Assembly: GCA_002753095.1 (NCBI GenBank)
Contig: PDZU01000003.1
Location: 40,946-104,945, forward strand
From: Magnetococcales bacterium
GTDB lineage: Bacteria > Pseudomonadota > Magnetococcia > Magnetococcales > Magnetaquicoccaceae
Direction of reading: 5' to 3'
Length of the DNA: 64,000 nt
Part shown: one piece after another, positions 58,331-64,000 of the stretch
How positions within the stretch are numbered: the first letter of the stretch is position 1
Layout: the number at the start of each line of letters is the position of its first letter
Program-made: the position numbers and the translations under genes
Notes under the pieces: generated by a model
The model's database searches: none
The model's input: the letters and a program-made list of their open reading frames with translations, nothing else
What the model was told of the DNA's origin: nothing

Positions 58331-61018
58331 ATGGCACTTCCTCATCTACCAGCACCGCAGATACGCAGGCCGATTTTAGTCGTGTTTCTCATGGCCATAG
58401 CGATTCTGCTCGGTGTATTCGTTCTCTCCCTGTCCAGCATGCATGAACAGCATGAAAAGCTTGCCACCAACCAGCTCAAGCGAGCGATTCAGCAAATCTT
58501 GGCCCATTTTACCCAATCGCATGTCGATGAAATGACAGGCCATCTGTACGGTTTGGCACGGGATCGTTCACTGTATAAAAATTACCTCCAACAGGGTCGC
58601 CCTGCCTTACAAAGCGCGTTACAGGAAAAATTTAACGTATTTTCCAAACGTGACATCACCCATCTCTATTTGCATGATCTGGAACGACGTGTTGTCTTGC
58701 GCATGCATCAGCCCAACCATTACGGCGACCGCATTGAGCGGGAAACCCTGTTGCGGGCCGAGGAGAGCGGGCAACCCCAATCGGGGCTGGAACTGGGTCC
58801 ATTGGGGACAGTGGTTCTGCGGGTGGTCCTGCCGTGGGAGGTAGAGGGCAAGCGCAGGGGATATTGGGAACTGGGTATAGAAATTGACCATTTTGTGCGA
58901 TTGATCCGCAGTGCATTGGGGGTGGAGGTCCACCTGTTTGTGGAAAAGCGCCTGTTGAACCAGGAACAGTGGCAGGCGGGGATGACCATGTTGGGGCGTC
59001 CAAACGAGTGGGAGCAATTTGCCGAGGTGGTGTGGATAAACAGTGGCGAACCTGGCGCTGTTCATGAACTGCAGCGCCATTTGCAACAAAGAATGGCGCA
59101 CGGGATGTTATTGGAAGAGGGGAAAAGTCACTATTCATGGCATGATCACCGCCTTTATTTTTTCTGGCCATTGCCGACATTAACCGGCGAGAGGGTGGCC
59201 TGGATGGGGGTCAGCAAGGATGATCTGCCGGAGGGGCGGCAGCATCGGATCCATGTCTGGCTGATGCTTGGCAGCGGACTATTGCTGGCACTGCTCTTGG
59301 GTACCGTTTTGCACCGCTATTTGCGGGATTTGGAACAACGTTTGACAGCGGTGCAGCAGGCACTGCAGCAGAGCGAACAGCGCACACGCTCCATCGTGGA
59401 GACGGCCATGGATGCCATCATCTCCATTGATGCCAGTAACCGAATCCTGGAATTCAATCCGGCAGCAGAACGGATGTTTGGCTATGAACGCCACGCCGTG
59501 TTGGGTCGGGATGTCACAGAAACGATTGTGCCAGAAGAGTTGCGCGCCAGACATCGCCAGGGAATGGCTCGGTATTTGGCAACCGGAGAGCAACGGGTCA
59601 TCAACAAGGCAGTCGAACAGATTGCCATCGATGCCCAAGGCAGACGCCTGCCGGTGGATTTAGTGGTCACGGTTGTATCGAATCAGGGGGGCACATTCTT
59701 TACAGCATTTTTGCGCGATATTACCGAACGCCGTCGCATGGTGGAATTTTTGCAGGAGTCCTATGCCAATCTGGAGCAGATCAACCGCCAACTGAGCGGT
59801 GAAATGGCTGAGCATCAAAAAACGATGCACCGTCTGGAAGCGGCACTGCAGCGGGCAGAGGCGGCCAATCTGGCCAAGAGTCAGTTTTTGGCCAGCATGA
59901 GCCATGAGATTCGTACCCCGATGAACGCCATTATCGGTATGAGTGATCTGTTGTATGAAAGCAGCCACCTCAATCAGGAAGAGCAAAATTACATACGAAT
60001 CATGCGCCAGGCCGGAGAAACCTTGCTGGCTTTGATCAATGATCTGCTGGATCTTTCCAAGATTGAGGCAGGTCAGATGATTATGGAGCAGATACCCTTT
60101 GATATGCAGCGCTTGTTGATCAATGCACAGGAGATGATGCACCTGCGCGCACTGGATAAAGGGTTGCCGCTGGTCCTGGAAGTTGCAAATGAGGCGGTGA
60201 AACCATTTCTGGGGGATCCGCAACGCCTGCAGCAGGTTATTCTCAATCTGGTCAGCAACGCCATCAAGTTTACTGCCCAGGGATCGGTGACCATTCGCAT
60301 GGGTTTGTTGGCTCCGCAGGGCTGTTGGATTGAGGTGCAGGATACGGGAATTGGCATTGATCCACAGATGCAGGAGGCCATATTTCAACCATTTACCCAG
60401 GCAGAAATGTCAACCAGTCGTCGTTTTGGTGGTACAGGACTGGGGTTGACCATCTGTCGCAAATTGATCCGGCAGATGGGGGGTGAAATCACGGTTCAAA
60501 GTACAGTAGGGGAGGGGAGCCTGTTTCGCTTTTGGCTGCCCTTGCCGTTGGCGCCAGAGGAGGCACAGCGGAACGCCTGTTGTGGTGCGCATGCGCAAAG
60601 ACAAGAGAGCCTCCCAGGCCGTGCAGAGGAGGATCATGCCCTGGTCCGCTTGTTACTGGTGGACGATGCCGATGACAATCGCCTGTTGATACGGGCCTTT
60701 TTGAAGCGCAGCCGCTATCAGATCATGGAAGCGACCAATGGGGAAGAGTCGCTACGCTTGGTACAGGAAAACGCTTTTGATCTGGTCTTGATGGACATGC
60801 AGATGCCGGTCATGGATGGTGTTGAGGCCACACGGCGCATACGGGCCTGGGAGCAGGCGCATGGCCGTGCAGCAGTGCCAATCATTGCCCTGACCGCCCA
60901 TGCCATGAAAGAGGATGTAACCCGCACGATTGAAGCGGGTTGTAGCCTGCATCTGACCAAGCCAATCACCAAGTGCGTGCTGTTGGAAAGCATCGGGCGG
61001 TGTTTGCGTTTGTCATAA
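58331..61018 (+). CDS. Hybrid sensor histidine kinase (periplasmic sensor domain, TM, PAS, HisKA-HATPase, REC)
   Basis: Two TM segments flank a ~270 aa extracytoplasmic domain. A PAS domain is present (IVETAMDAIISID...). The H-box is FLASMSHEIRTPMNAI, the G-boxes are VQDTGIGI and GGTGLGLTI, and the receiver is LLLVDDADDN...LMDMQMPVMDG. Confidence 0.9.
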   Translation: MALPHLPAPQIRRPILVVFLMAIAILLGVFVLSLSSMHEQHEKLATNQLKRAIQQILAHFTQSHVDEMTGHLYGLARDRSLYKNYLQQGRPALQSALQEKFNVFSKRDITHLYLHDLERRVVLRMHQPNHYGDRIERETLLRAEESGQPQSGLELGPLGTVVLRVVLPWEVEGKRRGYWELGIEIDHFVRLIRSALGVEVHLFVEKRLLNQEQWQAGMTMLGRPNEWEQFAEVVWINSGEPGAVHELQRHLQQRMAHGMLLEEGKSHYSWHDHRLYFFWPLPTLTGERVAWMGVSKDDLPEGRQHRIHVWLMLGSGLLLALLLGTVLHRYLRDLEQRLTAVQQALQQSEQRTRSIVETAMDAIISIDASNRILEFNPAAERMFGYERHAVLGRDVTETIVPEELRARHRQGMARYLATGEQRVINKAVEQIAIDAQGRRLPVDLVVTVVSNQGGTFFTAFLRDITERRRMVEFLQESYANLEQINRQLSGEMAEHQKTMHRLEAALQRAEAANLAKSQFLASMSHEIRTPMNAIIGMSDLLYESSHLNQEEQNYIRIMRQAGETLLALINDLLDLSKIEAGQMIMEQIPFDMQRLLINAQEMMHLRALDKGLPLVLEVANEAVKPFLGDPQRLQQVILNLVSNAIKFTAQGSVTIRMGLLAPQGCWIEVQDTGIGIDPQMQEAIFQPFTQAEMSTSRRFGGTGLGLTICRKLIRQMGGEITVQSTVGEGSLFRFWLPLPLAPEEAQRNACCGAHAQRQESLPGRAEEDHALVRLLLVDDADDNRLLIRAFLKRSRYQIMEATNGEESLRLVQENAFDLVLMDMQMPVMDGVEATRRIRAWEQAHGRAAVPIIALTAHAMKEDVTRTIEAGCSLHLTKPITKCVLLESIGRCLRLS

Positions 61019-61023
61019 ACTGT

Positions 61024-61051
61024 TTGACAGAGCGCAAAATTTACCTATAAT
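61024..61051 (+). promoter_or_regulatory. Near-consensus sigma70 promoter candidate upstream of the MCP gene
   Basis: TTGACA (61024-61029) and TATAAT (61046-61051) are separated by a 16 nt spacer, about 125 nt upstream of the MCP ATG. Confidence 0.45.
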
Positions 61052-61177
61052 CGCGGGCTGGTGTGGTGTCAGGAAATTACTTTGATCAATGTGTAGAATC
61101 GGTGATCCGGCTCTGCGGCGCGCTTTTTTTGTTTGCGGATGGCGGATATTATAACCACAGATATAAGGTGATCAGGG

Positions 61178-62860
61178 ATGAATACAATCAATAACTTGAA
61201 ATTGGGTGTAAAGCTGGGCATTGGATTTGGAATTGTATTAATGTTGTTGGTTATCATTACCATATCCGGGTTGAGTACCATTGAAACCTACAAGGTCAAT
61301 GGGCCGGTATACCAACGGATTATGCAAGGAAAAGATTTGTTGGCGGATATTCTGCCCCCTCCTTTGTATGTGGTGGAGAGTTGGGCAGCGGTTCTCGAAT
61401 TGAGCAGTACCACGGATAAAAGCGAAATCGACAGAGACGCGGCTAATCTGGCCAAGCTGAAAAAGGACTATGATGCGCGTCGAGAATATTGGCATAAGGA
61501 GCGGTTGGAGGCGGAATTGGCCGGATTGGTGGAAAAGGCCCATGCGCCGATTGTGGATTTTTTTGCCACGGCCCAGGGGGAGTTTGTGCAAAATGTGCGG
61601 GGCGGGGATCCAGAGAAGATACGCCATTCGATAGAAAAAATGGGAAAATCCTACGAAGCGCACAGAAAGGCCATCGATGATCTGAGCAGCTACGCCAGCA
61701 AACGCAGTGAAGCCATTGAGAAAGAGACGGTCAGCAAGATTGGCTCTGCCATTGTCACGATTGTTGTCGGGGGTGTGGCCGCCATCATGGCCGGTATGTT
61801 GGTGGCCTTTTTGGTCACGAGCAGTATTACGGCGCCTCTTTCCCTGTGTACAGGTCTGCTGGAACGTTTGGCCTCTGGAGATATGAACATCAATTGTACG
61901 CTGAATCGCCAGGATGAGTTGGGACGCTTGGCTCTTTCCATATCGACCATGTCCAACAAACTGCGTGAGGTGATCAGCGAGGTGTCTGCCGCCGCCGAGC
62001 AGGTGAGCATCGGCAGCAACGAAATATCGGAGGCGGCACAATCGCTCTCCCAGGGGGCGACGGAGCAGGCGGCTTCCATCGAGGAGACCTCTTCGGCCAT
62101 GGAGGAGATGAGCTCCAACATTGCGCAAAATTCCGACAATGCCGGGGTCACGCAGAATATAGCGCAGAAGGCGGCCAAAGATGCGAATGAGGGGGGCAAG
62201 GCGGTTGGGGAGGCGGTGCAGGCGATGAAGGAGATTGCCGCCAAGATTGGTATTATCGAGGAGATTGCCCGGCAGACCAATCTGTTGGCGCTTAATGCAG
62301 CCATTGAGGCGGCACGGGCCGGTGAGCATGGCAAAGGGTTTGCGGTGGTGGCGGCAGAGGTGCGCAAGCTGGCAGAGCGCAGTCAGGCAGCGGCGGGGGA
62401 GATCAGTCAACTTTCCATCTCCAGCGTGGATGTGGCCGAAAAGGCCGGGGGGATCATCAATCAACTGGTGCCGGACATTCAAAAGACTGCCGAATTGATT
62501 CGGGAGATCAATACCTCAAGCCAAGAGCAGAATCAGGGGGCGGGCCAGATCAATCAGGCCATTCAACAACTGGATCAGGTGATTCAGAAAAACGCCGGTG
62601 CTTCGGAAGAGATGGCAGCCACCGCTGAAGAGTTGAGTGCCCAAGCAGACATGATGGCTCAGGCGATTGCCTTCTTTCATCTGGGCGGTGCGGCGAACAG
62701 CGCAGTCAACAAGCCTGTCAGGCGGGTAGCAAGCCGCAACAAAGCCCTGCCGCCAGCCCGAAAACAGGAGGTGATGGTTGTACAGAGAACGATGGGCAAA
62801 AAAGCCAACACGGCCAGTCTGAACAGAAGTTCGGATGACCAGGAGTTTGAAAAATTCTGA
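61178..62860 (+). CDS. Methyl-accepting chemotaxis protein
   Basis: An N-terminal TM segment and a helical sensor domain are followed by a second TM segment and a HAMP domain. The highly conserved signalling hairpin [37 protein letters not shown] is present. Confidence 0.93.
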   Translation: MNTINNLKLGVKLGIGFGIVLMLLVIITISGLSTIETYKVNGPVYQRIMQGKDLLADILPPPLYVVESWAAVLELSSTTDKSEIDRDAANLAKLKKDYDARREYWHKERLEAELAGLVEKAHAPIVDFFATAQGEFVQNVRGGDPEKIRHSIEKMGKSYEAHRKAIDDLSSYASKRSEAIEKETVSKIGSAIVTIVVGGVAAIMAGMLVAFLVTSSITAPLSLCTGLLERLASGDMNINCTLNRQDELGRLALSISTMSNKLREVISEVSAAAEQVSIGSNEISEAAQSLSQGATEQAASIEETSSAMEEMSSNIAQNSDNAGVTQNIAQKAAKDANEGGKAVGEAVQAMKEIAAKIGIIEEIARQTNLLALNAAIEAARAGEHGKGFAVVAAEVRKLAERSQAAAGEISQLSISSVDVAEKAGGIINQLVPDIQKTAELIREINTSSQEQNQGAGQINQAIQQLDQVIQKNAGASEEMAATAEELSAQADMMAQAIAFFHLGGAANSAVNKPVRRVASRNKALPPARKQEVMVVQRTMGKKANTASLNRSSDDQEFEKF

Positions 62861-62896
62861 GCTGTGTTCAGCCGGGAAACACAGTTGTCAACAAGG

Positions 62897-62924
62897 GGAT
62901 AACCGAGAGGTTATCCTCTTTTTT
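62897..62924 (+). terminator. Rho-independent terminator after the MCP gene
   Basis: An 8 bp stem, ggataacc (62897-62904) pairing with ggttatcc (62909-62916), has a gaga loop and is followed by tcttttttg. Confidence 0.6.
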
Positions 62925-63222
62925 GTGGGCGAGAGATGGGTTTGGGGGGAATGGAGTTGGCTTTGGGGAAAGAATTATTTTTCTGGGGAATGGGGTTGGA
63001 TTTGATATTGGTGGGTTTGCCTGTGGTGGTGGGTTTGCTGCTGGCCATGGCCGACACTCCTCTTTTAAACAAGAAAATTAAGCGGTTGTAAAGCAAGGAT
63101 TGTAGGGGAATCTCCCGTTGCTCTCAAGGAAATTTTTAATGGAAGTCAGTGCAGGTGCGCGTGGAATGAGGAGTGCTCCTCTCGCATGATTAAAAAAAGC
63201 TGGAAAAACGTAACGCCGCAAC

Positions 63223-63250
63223 TTGACAGCAGAGATTGCCCCCGTATAAA
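63223..63250 (+). promoter_or_regulatory. Sigma70-like promoter candidate upstream of the HU gene
   Basis: TTGACA (63223-63228) and TATAAA (63245-63250) are separated by a 16 nt spacer. A second TTGACAGCAG copy starts at 63277. Confidence 0.35.
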
Positions 63251-63326
63251 AGTGAGGCGGGCGGTTGGAGCTCACATTGACAGCAGCCGGGTTGGCCATG
63301 CGACTATCCAGAGGAAGGGGAGGAAT

Positions 63327-63725
63327 ATGAACAAATCAGAGTTGGTGGATGCGGTAGCAGCCAAAAGCGGTTTGACCAAAGCACAGGCTGCCGATGCCAT
63401 CGATGCCACGGTCGGTGCCATCCAGGAGGCATTGAAAGCGGGTGATCAGGTCACGTTGGTTGGCTTTGGTGTGTTTGCCAGCGCTGAACGGCCTGCCAGA
63501 ACCGGTCGCAATCCACGCACGGGTGCCGAAATCCAGATTCCTGCCAGTCGATTGCCCAAATTCAAGCCGGGTAAGGGTCTGCGCGACGCGGTTGCCCTGC
63601 CGGTAGCGGTGGCCGCACCGGTCCCGACCCCCGTTAAAACGGAAGTCAAAACAGAGAAGGTTGTAGCCAAAGCGGAAAAGTCTGCCACCAAAGCGGAAAA
63701 AAGCAGCAAAAAGGGCAGCAAGTAA
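63327..63725 (+). CDS. hup: HU-family DNA-binding protein with a Lys/Ala/Pro-rich C-terminal extension
   Basis: The HU core is MNKSELVDAVA...GFGVFASAERPARTGRNPRTGAEIQIPA...KFKPGK. It is followed by a ~42 aa tail PVAVAAPVPTPVKTEVKTEKVVAKAEKSATKAEKSSKKGSK. The ATG at 63327 has GGAAGGGGAGG upstream. Confidence 0.9.
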   Translation: MNKSELVDAVAAKSGLTKAQAADAIDATVGAIQEALKAGDQVTLVGFGVFASAERPARTGRNPRTGAEIQIPASRLPKFKPGKGLRDAVALPVAVAAPVPTPVKTEVKTEKVVAKAEKSATKAEKSSKKGSK

Positions 63726-63740
63726 CGGTTGTCTACGCAA

Positions 63741-63816
63741 TGGGCGGGTAGCTCAGTCGGGAGAGCGTCGGCCTTACAAGCCGAATGTCGCAGGTTCGAA
63801 CCCTGTCCCGCCCACC
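63741..63816 (+). tRNA. tRNA-Val (anticodon UAC)
   Basis: The acceptor stem is gggcggg/cccgccc, the anticodon loop is ctTACaa, the T-arm is ggttcgaacc, and the CCA end is encoded. Length 76 nt. Confidence 0.9.
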
Positions 63817-64000
63817 ATTGGGATGATTTTGCCACAGCAAATGGCGCACATAGTAAAATCGCTCGGGCAATAGAGACGACAGTGCCATCGACCGTTGACA
63901 GACGGCGCCGGTTCGAGTAAAAAGTAGGGCAACGAAGCGGCGGGGGGCAGGATGAGTGTGAGGTTGTGGCCTGCATCTGATTCAGCCTCTCGCCGAGCTG

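Noticed and set aside
61100-61177. A sigma28 (FliA) promoter upstream of the MCP gene was considered (ggcggatat resembles the GCCGATAA -10 element).
   Set aside because: Only 6 of 8 positions match in the -10 element, and no TAAA -35 element lies at the required 15 nt spacing.
63446-63976. A 176 aa minus-strand ORF spans the HU gene tail and tRNA-Val.
   Set aside because: It runs antisense through a confidently folded tRNA and the HU coding sequence. It is a shadow ORF.

Overview
This is a 64 kb chromosomal window of about 54% G+C from a proteobacterium. The gene content looks alphaproteobacteria-like or Magnetococcales-like: an F1-only atpHAGDC operon, a class I lysyl-tRNA synthetase, and many PAS/GAF hybrid histidine kinases. 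That taxonomic guess is inference only.

The window is almost entirely housekeeping genes:
- tRNA/rRNA modification and quinone synthesis: rsmE (5' fragment), nnrS, ubiC-ubiA, mnmG-mnmE, tsaC.
- Energy and cell wall precursors: atpHAGDC, glmU, glmS, a parvulin PPIase.
- Membrane insertion and RNase P cluster: yidC-yidD-rnpA-rpmH.
- Replication and neighbours: a nucleotide-sugar epimerase, dnaB-alr-priA.
- Cytochrome c maturation: a SPOR protein followed by ccmABCDE.
- Translation and heme: an ACT-domain protein, def, prfA, hemA.
- Five tRNAs: Pro, Arg, His, Leu, Val.
- Signalling: an Hpt protein plus hybrid kinase, three hybrid kinases in total, one MCP, and a csp gene.
- A tightly packed hemE-hemN-hemY-dnaQ-kinase string, then folD, class I lysK, and an HU protein.

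I saw no rRNA, no CRISPR array, no intact transposase or integrase, and no recognisable defence system.

The observations most worth follow-up are:
1. A non-coding repeat family with three copies. One copy has about 44 bp terminal inverted repeats. The hairpins in all copies keep their pairing through compensatory substitutions, and one copy sits inside the ccm operon.
2. A cluster of DnaA-box-like 9-mers plus an AT-rich tract directly upstream of hemE, which is a candidate alphaproteobacterial-type oriC.
3. A 17 nt in-frame homopolymer inside hemE.
4. A 1076 aa predicted membrane receptor that combines a periplasmic solute-binding domain, a metallo-beta-lactamase fold and two cNMP-binding domains.
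5. A decayed integrative remnant in the tRNA cluster, consisting of a nonsense-mutated HigB-2-type toxin and a possible integrase tail.

All coordinates and motifs were read by eye from the sequence. No database search was run.
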